64,000 nt of DNA from the human T2T-CHM13v2.0 reference genome, Homo sapiens. Within the stretch, counting starts at the first letter, position 1. The number at the start of each line of letters is the position of its first letter. The position numbers and the translations under genes are program-made. The notes below the pieces were generated by a model that had not been told where the DNA came from, did no database searches, and saw nothing but the letters and a program-made list of their open reading frames with translations. Positions 12,701 through 25,400 of the stretch are shown piece after piece. The DNA lies in assembly GCF_009914755.1 (NCBI RefSeq), contig NC_060942.1; one strand, written 5' to 3'.

Positions 12701-15390
12701 AAGGAGCAGTTTTGAAACACTCTTTTTCTGGAATCTGCAAGAGTATATTTGCCTAGCCTTGAGGATTTCGTTGGAAACGGGATTGTCTTCAGAGAAAATC
12801 TAGACAGAAGCATTCTCAGAAACTTCTTTGGGATGTTTGCATTCAAGTCACAGAGTAGAACATTCCCTTTGGTAGAGCAGGTTTGAAACACTCTTTTTTT
12901 AGTATCTGGAAGTGGACATTTGGAGCGCTTTCAGGCCTACGTTGGAAAAGGAAATATCTTCCCATAACAACTAGACAGAAGCATTCTCAGAAACTAGTTT
13001 CTGATGTGTGTCCTCAACTAACACAGTTGAACATTTCTTTAGACAGAACAGTTTTGAAACACTCTTTTTGTGGAATCTGCAAGTGGCTATTTGGCTAGAT
13101 TTGAGGATTTCGTTGGAAACGGGATTACATATAAAAAGCAGTCAGCAGCATTCTCAGAAAGTTCTTTGTGATGATTGCATTCAAGTCACAGAATTGAACA
13201 TTCCCTTTCACAGAGCAGGTTTGAAACACTCTTTTTGTAGTGTGTGTAAGTGGACATTTGGAGCACTTACCGGCCTAAGGTGAAAAAGGAAATATCTTCC
13301 CATAAAAACTAGACAGAAGCATTCTCAGAAACTTACTCGTGATGTGTGTCCTCAACTAAAGGAGTAGAACCTTTCTTTTCATAGAGAAGTTTTGAAACGC
13401 TCTTTTTGTGGAATCTGCAAGTGGATATTTGGCTAGTTTTGAGGATTTCGTTGGAAGCGGGAATTCATACAAATTGCAGACTGCAGCGTTCTGAGAAACA
13501 TCTTTGTGATGTTTGTATTCAGGACACAGAGTTGAACATTCCCTATCATAGAGCAGGTTGGAATCACTCCTTTTGTAGTATCTGGAAGTGGACATTTGGA
13601 GCGCTTTCAGGCCTATGTTGGAAAAGGAAATATCTTCCCATAACAACTAGACAGAAGCATTCTCAGAAACTTATTTGAGATGTGTGTACTCAACTAAGAG
13701 AATTGAACCACCGTTTTGAAGGAGCAGTTTTGAAACACTCTTTTTCTGGAATCTGCAAGTGGATATTTGGCTAGCTTTGGGGATTTCGCTGGAAGCGGGA
13801 ATACATATAAAAAGCACACAGCAGCGTTCTGAGAAACTGCTTTCTGATGTTTGCATTCAAGTCAAAAGTTGAACACTCCCTTTCATAGAGCAGTCTTGAA
13901 ACACCCCTTTTGTAGTATCTGGAACTGGACTTTTGGAGCGATTTCAGGGCTAAGGTGAAAAAGGAAATATCTTCCCATAAAAACTGGACAGAAGCATTCT
14001 CAGAAACTTGGTTATGCTGTATCTACTCAACTAACAAAGTTGAACCTTTCTTTTGATAGAGCAGTTTTGAAATGGTCTTTTTGTGGAATCTGCAAGTGGA
14101 TATTTGGCTAGTTTTGAGGATTTCGTTGGAAGCGGGAATTCATACAAATTGCAGACTGCAGCGTTCTGAGAAACATCTTTGTGATGTTTGTATTCAGGAC
14201 ACAGAGTTGAACATTCCCTATCATAGAGCAGGTTGGAATCACTCCTTTTGTAGTATCTGGAAGTGGACATTTGGAGCGCTTTCAGGCCTATTTTGGAAAG
14301 GGAAATATCTTCCCGTAACAACTATGCAGAAGCATTCTCAGAAACTTGTTTGTGATGTGTGCCCTCTACTGACAGAGTTGAACCTTTCTTTTCATAGAGC
14401 AGTTTTGAAACACTCTTTTTGTAGAATCTGCAAGAGGATATTTGCATAGCTTTGAGGATTTCGTGGGAAACGGGATTGTCTTCAGGTAAAATCTAGACAG
14501 AAGCATTCTCAGAAACTTCTTTGGGATGTTTGCATTCAAGTCACAGAGTAGAACATTCCCTTTGGTAGAGCAGGTTTGAAACACTCTTTTTGTAGTATCT
14601 GGAAGTGGACATTTGGAGCGCTTTCAGGCCCATGTTGGAAAGGGAAATATCTTCCCGTAACAACTAGGCAGAAGCATTCTCAGAAACTTATTTGAGATGT
14701 GTGTACTCAACTAAGAGAATTGAACCACCGTTTTGAAGGAGCAGTTTTGAAACACTCTTTTTCTGGAATCTGCAAGAGTATATTTGCCTAGCCTTGAGGA
14801 TTTCGTTGGAAACGGGATTGTCTTCAGAGAAAATCTAGACAGAAGCATTCTCAGAAACTTCTTTGGGATGTTTGCATTCAAGTCACAGAGTAGAACATTC
14901 CCTTTGGTAGAGCAGGTTTGAAACACTCTTTTTGTAGTATCTGGAAGTGGACATTTGGAGCGCTTTCAGGCCTACGTTGGAAAAGGAAATATCTTCCCAT
15001 AACAACTAGACAGAAGCATTCTCAGAAACTAGTTTCTGATGTGTGTCCTCAACTAACACAGTTGAACATTTCTTTAGACAGAACAGTTTTGAAACACTCT
15101 TTTTGTGGAATCTGCAAGTGGCTATTTGGCTAGATTTGAGGATTTCGTTGGAAACGGGATTACATATAAAAAGCAGTCAGCAGCATTCTCAGAAAGTTCT
15201 TTGTGATGATTGCATTCAAGTCACAGAATTGAACATTCCCTTTCACAGAGCAGGTTTGAAACACTCTTTTTGTAGTGTGTGTAAGTGGACATTTGGAGCA
15301 CTTACCGGCCTAAGGTGAAAAAGGAAATATCTTCCCATAAAAACTAGACAGAAGCATTCTCAGAAACTTACTCGTGATGTGTGTCCTCAA

Positions 15391-16408
15391 CTAAAGGAGT
15401 AGAACCTTTCTTTTCATAGAGAAGTTTTGAAACGCTCTTTTTGTGGAATCTGCAAGTGGATATTTGGCTAGTTTTGAGGATTTCGTTGGAAGCGGGAATT
15501 CATACAAATTGCAGACTGCAGCGTTCTGAGAAACATCTTTGTGATGTTTGTATTCAGGACACAGAGTTGAACATTCCCTATCATAGAGCAGGTTGGAATC
15601 ACTCCTTTTGTAGTATCTGGAAGTGGACATTTGGAGCGCTTTCAGGCCTATGTTGGAAAAGGAAATATCTTCCCATAACAACTAGACAGAAGCATTCTCA
15701 GAAACTTATTTGAGATGTGTGTACTCAACTAAGAGAATTGAACCACCGTTTTGAAGGAGCAGTTTTGAAACACTCTTTTTCTGGAATCTGCAAGAGTATA
15801 TTTGCCTAGCCTTGAGGATTTCGTTGGAAACGGGATTGTCTTCAGAGAAAATCTAGACAGAAGCATTCTCAGAAACTTCTTTGGGATGTTTGCATTCAAG
15901 TCACAGAGTAGAACATTCCCTTTGGTAGAGCAGGTTTGAAACACTCTTTTTGTAGTATCTGGAAGTGGACATTTGGAGCGCTTTCAGGCCTACGTTGGAA
16001 AAGGAAATATCTTCCCATAACAACTAGACAGAAGCATTCTCAGAAACTAGTTTCTGATGTGTGTCCTCAACTAACACAGTTGAACATTTCTTTAGACAGA
16101 ACAGTTTTGAAACACTCTTTTTGTGGAATCTGCAAGTGGCTATTTGGCTAGATTTGAGGATTTCGTTGGAAACGGGATTACATATAAAAAGCAGTCAGCA
16201 GCATTCTCAGAAAGTTCTTTGTGATGATTGCATTCAAGTCACAGAATTGAACATTCCCTTTCACAGAGCAGGTTTGAAACACTCTTTTTGTAGTGTGTGT
16301 AAGTGGACATTTGGAGCACTTACCGGCCTAAGGTGAAAAAGGAAATATCTTCCCATAAAAACTAGACAGAAGCATTCTCAGAAACTTACTCGTGATGTGT
16401 GTCCTCAA
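15391..16408. repeat. 6-mer HOR deletion variant (1018 bp)
   Basis: Landmark spacing is 1018; dimer 1 is followed by CAAGAGTATATTTGCCTAGCC at ~15791. Confidence 0.96.
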
Positions 16409-19400
16409 CTAAAGGAGTAGAACCTTTCTTTTCATAGAGAAGTTTTGAAACGCTCTTTTTGTGGAATCTGCAAGTGGATATTTGGCTAGTTTTGAGGATT
16501 TCGTTGGAAGCGGGAATTCATACAAATTGCAGACTGCAGCGTTCTGAGAAACATCTTTGTGATGTTTGTATTCAGGACACAGAGTTGAACATTCCCTATC
16601 ATAGAGCAGGTTTGAATCACTCCTTTTGTAGTATCTGGAAGTGGACATTTGGAGCGCTTTCAGGCCTATGTTGGAAAAGGAAATATCTTCCCATAACAAC
16701 TAGACAGAAGCATTCTCAGAAACTTATTTGAGATGTGTGTACTCAACTAAGAGAATTGAACCACCGTTTTGAAGGAGCAGTTTTGAAACACTCTTTTTCT
16801 GGAATCTGCAAGTGGATATTTGGCTAGCTTTGGGGATTTCGCTGGAAGCGGGAATACATATAAAAAGCACACAGCAGCGTTCTGAGAAACTGCTTTCTGA
16901 TGTTTGCATTCAAGTCAAAAGTTGAACACTCCCTTTCATAGAGCAGTCTTGAAACACCCCTTTTGTAGTATCTGGAACTGGACTTTTGGAGCGATTTCAG
17001 GGCTAAGGTGAAAAAGGAAATATCTTCCCATAAAAACTGGACAGAAGCATTCTCAGAAACTTGTTTATGCTGTATCTACTCAACTAACAAAGTTGAACCT
17101 TTCTTTTGATAGAGCAGTTTTGAAATGGTCTTTTTGTGGAATCTGCAAGTGGATATTTGGCTAGTTTTGAGGATTTCGTTGGAAGCGGGAATTCATACAA
17201 ATTGCAGACTGCAGCGTTCTGAGAAACATCTTTGTGATGTTTGTATTCAGGACACAGAGTTGAACATTCCCTATCATAGAGCAGGTTGGAATCACTCCTT
17301 TTGTAGTATCTGGAAGTGGACATTTGGAGCGCTTTCAGGCCTATTTTGGAAAGGGAAATATCTTCCCGTAACAACTATGCAGAAGCATTCTCAGAAACTT
17401 GTTTGTGATGTGTGCCCTCTACTGACAGAGTTGAACCTTTCTTTTCATAGAGCAGTTTTGAAACACTCTTTTTGTAGAATCTGCAAGAGGATATTTGCAT
17501 AGCTTTGAGGATTTCGTGGGAAACGGGATTGTCTTCAGGTAAAATCTAGACAGAAGCATTCTCAGAAACTTCTTTGGGATGTTTGCATTCAAGTCACAGA
17601 GTAGAACATTCCCTTTGGTAGAGCAGGTTTGAAACACTCTTTTTGTAGTATCTGGAAGTGGACATTTGGAGCGCTTTCAGGCCCATGTTGGAAAGGGAAA
17701 TATCTTCCCGTAACAACTAGGCAGAAGCATTCTCAGAAACTTATTTGAGATGTGTGTACTCAACTAAGAGAATTGAACCACCGTTTTGAAGGAGCAGTTT
17801 TGAAACACTCTTTTTCTGGAATCTGCAAGAGGATATTTGCCTAGCCTTGAGGATTTCGTTGGAAACGGGATTGTCTTCAGAGAAAATCTAGACAGAAGCA
17901 TTCTCAGAAACTTCTTTGGGATGCTTGCATTCAAGTCACAGAGTAGAACATTCCCTTTGGTAGAGCAGGTTTGAAACACTCTTTTTGTAGTATCTGGAAG
18001 TGGACATTTGGAGCGCTTTCAGGCCTACGTTGGAAAAGGAAATATCTTCCCATAACAACTAGACAGAAGCATTCTCAGAAACTAGTTTCTGATGTGTGTC
18101 CTCAACTAACACAGTTGAACATTTCTTTAGACAGAACAGTTTTGAAACACTCTTTTTGTGGAATCTGCAAGTGGCTATTTGGCTAGATTTGAGGATTTCG
18201 TTGGAAACGGGATTACATATAAAAAGCAGTCAGCAGCATTCTCAGAAAGTTCTTTGTGATGATTGCATTCAAGTCACAGAATTGAACATTCCCTTTCACA
18301 GAGCAGGTTTGAAACACTCTTTTTGTAGTGTGTGTAAGTGGACATTTGGAGCACTTACCGGCCTAAGGTGAAAAAGGAAATATCTTCCCATAAAAACTAG
18401 ACAGAAGCATTCTCAGAAACTTACTCGTGATGTGTGTCCTCAACTAAAGGAGTAGAACCTTTCTTTTCATAGAGAAGTTTTGAAACGCTCTTTTTGTGGA
18501 ATCTGCAAGTGGATATTTGGCTAGTTTTGAGGATTTCGTTGGAAGCGGGAATTCATACAAATTGCAGACTGCAGCGTTCTGAGAAACATCTTTGTGATGT
18601 TTGTATTCAGGACACAGAGTTGAACATTCCCTATCATAGAGCAGGTTTGAATCACTCCTTTTGTAGTATCTGGAAGTGGACATTTGGAGCGCTTTCAGGC
18701 CTATGTTGGAAAAGGAAATATCTTCCCATAACAACTAGACAGAAGCATTCTCAGAAACTTATTTGAGATGTGTGTACTCAACTAAGAGAATTGAACCACC
18801 GTTTTGAAGGAGCAGTTTTGAAACTCTCTTTTTCTGGAATCTGCAAGTGGATATTTGGCTAGCTTTGGGGATTTCGCTGGAAGCGGGAATACATATAAAA
18901 AGCACACAGCAGCGTTCTGAGAAACTGCTTTCTGATGTTTGCATTCAAGTCAAAAGTTGAACACTCCCTTTCATAGAGCAGTCCTGAAACACCCCTTTTG
19001 TAGTATCTGGAACTGGACTTTTGGAGCGATTTCAGGGCTAAGGTGAAAAAGGAAATATCTTCCCATAAAAACTGGACAGAAGCATTCTCAGAAACTTGTT
19101 TATGCTGTATCTACTCAACTAACAAAGTTGAACCTTTCTTTTGATAGAGCAGTTTTGAAATGGTCTTTTTGTGGAATCTGCAAGTGGATATTTGGCTAGT
19201 TTTGAGGATTTCGTTGGAAGCGGGAATTCATACAAATTGCAGACTGCAGCGTTCTGAGAAACATCTTTGTGATGTTTGTATTCAGGACACAGAGTTGAAC
19301 ATTCCCTATCATAGAGCAGGTTGGAATCACTCCTTTTGTAGTATCTGGAAGTGGACATTTGGAGCGCTTTCAGGCCTATTTTGGAAAGGGAAATATCTTC

Positions 19401-22400
19401 CCGTAACAACTATGCAGAAGCATTCTCAGAAACTTGTTTGTGATGTGTGCCCTCTACTGACAGAGTTGAACCTTTCTTTTCATAGAGCAGTTTTGAAACA
19501 CTCTTTTTGTAGAATCTGCAAGAGGATATTTGCATAGCTTTGAGGATTTCGTGGGAAACGGGATTGTCTTCAGGTAAAATCTAGACAGAAGCATTCTCAG
19601 AAACTTCTTTGGGATGTTTGCATTCAAGTCACAGAGTAGAACATTCCCTTTGGTAGAGCAGGTTTGAAACACTCTTTTTGTAGTATCTGGAAGTGGACAT
19701 TTGGAGCGCTTTCAGGCCCATGTTGGAAAGGGAAATATCTTCCCGTAACAACTAGGCAGAAGCATTCTCAGAAACTTATTTGAGATGTGTGTACTCAACT
19801 AAGAGAATTGAACCACCGTTTTGAAGGAGCAGTTTTGAAACACTCTTTTTCTGGAATCTGCAAGAGGATATTTGCCTAGCCTTGAGGATTTCGTTGGAAA
19901 CGGGATTGTCTTCAGAGAAAATCTAGACAGAAGCATTCTCAGAAACTTCTTTGGGATGCTTGCATTCAAGTCACAGAGTAGAACATTCCCTTTGGTAGAG
20001 CAGGTTTGAAACACTCTTTTTGTAGTATCTGGAAGTGGACATTTGGAGCGCTTTCAGGCCTACGTTGGAAAAGGAAATATCTTCCCATAACAACTAGACA
20101 GAAGCATTCTCAGAAACTCGTTTCTGATGTGTGTCCTCAACTAACACAGTTGAACATTTCTTTAGACAGAACAGTTTTGAAACACTCTTTTTGTGGAATC
20201 TGCAAGTGGCTATTTGGCTAGATTTGAGGATTTCGTTGGAAACGGGATTACATATAAAAAGCAGTCAGCAGCATTCTCAGAAAGTTCTTTGTGATGATTG
20301 CATTCAAGTCACAGAATTGAACATTCCCTTTCACAGAGCAGGTTTGAAACACTCTTTTTGTAGTGTGTGTAAGTGGACATTTGGAGCACTTACCGGCCTA
20401 AGGTGAAAAAGGAAATATCTTCCCATAAAAACTAGACAGAAGCATTCTCAGAAACTTACTCGTGATGTGTGTCCTCAACTAAAGGAGTAGAACCTTTCTT
20501 TTCATAGAGAAGTTTTGAAACGCTCTTTTTGTGGAATCTGCAAGTGGATATTTGGCTAGTTTTGAGGATTTCGTTGGAAGCGGGAATTCATACAAATTGC
20601 AGACTGCAGCGTTCTGAGAAACATCTTTGTGATGTTTGTATTCAGGACACAGAGTTGAACATTCCCTATCATAGAGCAGGTTTGAATCACTCCTTTTGTA
20701 GTATCTGGAAGTGGACATTTGGAGCGCTTTCAGGCCTATGTTGGAAAAGGAAATATCTTCCCATAACAACTAGACAGAAGCATTCTCAGAAACTTATTTG
20801 AGATGTGTGTACTCAACTAAGAGAATTGAACCACCGTTTTGAAGGAGCAGTTTTGAAACTCTCTTTTTCTGGAATCTGCAAGTGGATATTTGGCTAGCTT
20901 TGGGGATTTCGCTGGAAGCGGGAATACATATAAAAAGCACACAGCAGCGTTCTGAGAAACTGCTTTCTGATGTTTGCATTCAAGTCAAAAGTTGAACACT
21001 CCCTTTCATAGAGCAGTCCTGAAACACCCCTTTTGTAGTATCTGGAACTGGACTTTTGGAGCGATTTCAGGGCTAAGGTGAAAAAGGAAATATCTTCCCA
21101 TAAAAACTGGACAGAAGCATTCTCAGAAACTTGTTTATGCTGTATCTACTCAACTAACAAAGTTGAACCTTTCTTTTGATAGAGCAGTTTTGAAATGGTC
21201 TTTTTGTGGAATCTGCAAGTGGATATTTGGCTAGTTTTGAGGATTTCGTTGGAAGCGGGAATTCATACAAATTGCAGACTGCAGCGTTCTGAGAAACATC
21301 TTTGTGATGTTTGTATTCAGGACACAGAGTTGAACATTCCCTATCATAGAGCAGGTTGGAATCACTCCTTTTGTAGTATCTGGAAGTGGACATTTGGAGC
21401 GCTTTCAGGCCTATTTTGGAAAGGGAAATATCTTCCCGTAACAACTATGCAGAAGCATTCTCAGAAACTTGTTTGTGATGTGTGCCCTCTACTGACAGAG
21501 TTGAACCTTTCTTTTCATAGAGCAGTTTTGAAACACTCTTTTTGTAGAATCTGCAAGAGGATATTTGCATAGCTTTGAGGATTTCGTGGGAAACGGGATT
21601 GTCTTCAGGTAAAATCTAGACAGAAGCATTCTCAGAAACTTCTTTGGGATGTTTGCATTCAAGTCACAGAGTAGAACATTCCCTTTGGTAGAGCAGGTTT
21701 GAAACACTCTTTTTGTAGTATCTGGAAGTGGACATTTGGAGCGCTTTCAGGCCCATGTTGGAAAGGGAAATATCTTCCCGTAACAACTAGGCAGAAGCAT
21801 TCTCAGAAACTTATTTGAGATGTGTGTACTCAACTAAGAGAATTGAACCACCGTTTTGAAGGAGCAGTTTTGAAACACTCTTTTTCTGGAATCTGCAAGA
21901 GGATATTTGCCTAGCCTTGAGGATTTCGTTGGAAACGGGATTGTCTTCAGAGAAAATCTAGACAGAAGCATTCTCAGAAACTTCTTTGGGATGCTTGCAT
22001 TCAAGTCACAGAGTAGAACATTCCCTTTGGTAGAGCAGGTTTGAAACACTCTTTTTGTAGTATCTGGAAGTGGACATTTGGAGCGCTTTCAGGCCTACGT
22101 TGGAAAAGGAAATATCTTCCCATAACAACTAGACAGAAGCATTCTCAGAAACTCGTTTCTGATGTGTGTCCTCAACTAACACAGTTGAACATTTCTTTAG
22201 ACAGAACAGTTTTGAAACACTCTTTTTGTGGAATCTGCAAGTGGCTATTTGGCTAGATTTGAGGATTTCGTTGGAAACGGGATTACATATAAAAAGCAGT
22301 CAGCAGCATTCTCAGAAAGTTCTTTGTGATGATTGCATTCAAGTCACAGAATTGAACATTCCCTTTCACAGAGCAGGTTTGAAACACTCTTTTTGTAGTG

Positions 22401-25400
22401 TGTGTAAGTGGACATTTGGAGCACTTACCGGCCTAAGGTGAAAAAGGAAATATCTTCCCATAAAAACTAGACAGAAGCATTCTCAGAAACTTACTCGTGA
22501 TGTGTGTCCTCAACTAAAGGAGTAGAACCTTTCTTTTCATAGAGAAGTTTTGAAACGCTCTTTTTGTGGAATCTGCAAGTGGATATTTGGCTAGTTTTGA
22601 GGATTTCGTTGGAAGCGGGAATTCATACAAATTGCAGACTGCAGCGTTCTGAGAAACATCTTTGTGATGTTTGTATTCAGGACACAGAGTTGAACATTCC
22701 CTATCATAGAGCAGGTTTGAATCACTCCTTTTGTAGTATCTGGAAGTGGACATTTGGAGCGCTTTCAGGCCTATGTTGGAAAAGGAAATATCTTCCCATA
22801 ACAACTAGACAGAAGCATTCTCAGAAACTTATTTGAGATGTGTGTACTCAACTAAGAGAATTGAACCACCGTTTTGAAGGAGCAGTTTTGAAACTCTCTT
22901 TTTCTGGAATCTGCAAGTGGATATTTGGCTAGCTTTGGGGATTTCGCTGGAAGCGGGAATACATATAAAAAGCACACAGCAGCGTTCTGAGAAACTGCTT
23001 TCTGATGTTTGCATTCAAGTCAAAAGTTGAACACTCCCTTTCATAGAGCAGTCCTGAAACACCCCTTTTGTAGTATCTGGAACTGGACTTTTGGAGCGAT
23101 TTCAGGGCTAAGGTGAAAAAGGAAATATCTTCCCATAAAAACTGGACAGAAGCATTCTCAGAAACTTGTTTATGCTGTATCTACTCAACTAACAAAGTTG
23201 AACCTTTCTTTTGATAGAGCAGTTTTGAAATGGTCTTTTTGTGGAATCTGCAAGTGGATATTTGGCTAGTTTTGAGGATTTCGTTGGAAGCGGGAATTCA
23301 TACAAATTGCAGACTGCAGCGTTCTGAGAAACATCTTTGTGATGTTTGTATTCAGGACACAGAGTTGAACATTCCCTATCATAGAGCAGGTTGGAATCAC
23401 TCCTTTTGTAGTATCTGGAAGTGGACATTTGGAGCGCTTTCAGGCCTATTTTGGAAAGGGAAATATCTTCCCGTAACAACTATGCAGAAGCATTCTCAGA
23501 AACTTGTTTGTGATGTGTGCCCTCTACTGACAGAGTTGAACCTTTCTTTTCATAGAGCAGTTTTGAAACACTCTTTTTGTAGAATCTGCAAGAGGATATT
23601 TGCATAGCTTTGAGGATTTCGTGGGAAACGGGATTGTCTTCAGGTAAAATCTAGACAGAAGCATTCTCAGAAACTTCTTTGGGATGTTTGCATTCAAGTC
23701 ACAGAGTAGAACATTCCCTTTGGTAGAGCAGGTTTGAAACACTCTTTTTGTAGTATCTGGAAGTGGACATTTGGAGCGCTTTCAGGCCCATGTTGGAAAG
23801 GGAAATATCTTCCCGTAACAACTAGGCAGAAGCATTCTCAGAAACTTATTTGAGATGTGTGTACTCAACTAAGAGAATTGAACCACCGTTTTGAAGGAGC
23901 AGTTTTGAAACACTCTTTTTCTGGAATCTGCAAGAGGATATTTGCCTAGCCTTGAGGATTTCGTTGGAAACGGGATTGTCTTCAGAGAAAATCTAGACAG
24001 AAGCATTCTCAGAAACTTCTTTGGGATGTTTGCATTCAAGTCACAGAGTAGAACATTCCCTTTGGTAGAGCAGGTTTGAAACACTCTTTTTGTAGTATCT
24101 GGAAGTGGACATTTGGAGCGCTTTCAGGCCTACGTTGGAAAAGGAAATATCTTCCCATAACAACTAGACAGAAGCATTCTCAGAAACTAGTTTCTGATGT
24201 GTGTCCTCAACTAACACAGTTGAACATTTCTTTAGACAGAACAGTTTTGAAACACTCTTTTTGTGGAATCTGCAAGTGGCTATTTGGCTAGATTTGAGGA
24301 TTTCGTTGGAAACGGGATTACATATAAAAAGCAGTCAGCAGCATTCTCAGAAAGTTCTTTGTGATGATTGCATTCAAGTCACAGAATTGAACATTCCCTT
24401 TCACAGAGCAGGTTTGAAACACTCTTTTTGTAGTGTGTGTAAGTGGACATTTGGAGCACTTACCGGCCTAAGGTGAAAAAGGAAATATCTTCCCATAAAA
24501 ACTAGACAGAAGCATTCTCAGAAACTTACTCGTGATGTGTGTCCTCAACTAAAGGAGTAGAACCTTTCTTTTCATAGAGAAGTTTTGAAACGCTCTTTTT
24601 GTGGAATCTGCAAGTGGATATTTGGCTAGTTTTGAGGATTTCGTTGGAAGCGGGAATTCATACAAATTGCAGACTGCAGCGTTCTGAGAAACATCTTTGT
24701 GATGTTTGTATTCAGGACACAGAGTTGAACATTCCCTATCATAGAGCAGGTTTGAATCACTCCTTTTGTAGTATCTGGAAGTGGACATTTGGAGCGCTTT
24801 CAGGCCTATGTTGGAAAAGGAAATATCTTCCCATAACAACTAGACAGAAGCATTCTCAGAAACTTATTTGAGATGTGTGTACTCAACTAAGAGAATTGAA
24901 CCACCGTTTTGAAGGAGCAGTTTTGAAACTCTCTTTTTCTGGAATCTGCAAGTGGATATTTGGCTAGCTTTGGGGATTTCGCTGGAAGCGGGAATACATA
25001 TAAAAAGCACACAGCAGCGTTCTGAGAAACTGCTTTCTGATGTTTGCATTCAAGTCAAAAGTTGAACACTCCCTTTCATAGAGCAGTCTTGAAACACCCC
25101 TTTTGTAGTATCTGGAACTGGACTTTTGGAGCGATTTCACGGCTAAGGTGAAAAAGGAAATATCTTCCCATAAAAACTGGACAGAAGCATTCTCAGAAAC
25201 TTGGTTATGCTGTATCTACTCAACTAACAAAGTTGAACCTTTCTTTTGATAGAGCAGTTTTGAAATGGTCTTTTTGTGGAATCTGCAAGTGGATATTTGG
25301 CTAGTTTTGAGGATTTCGTTGGAAGCGGGAATTCATACAAATTGCAGACTGCAGCGTTCTGAGAAACATCTTTGTGATGTTTGTATTCAGGACACAGAGT

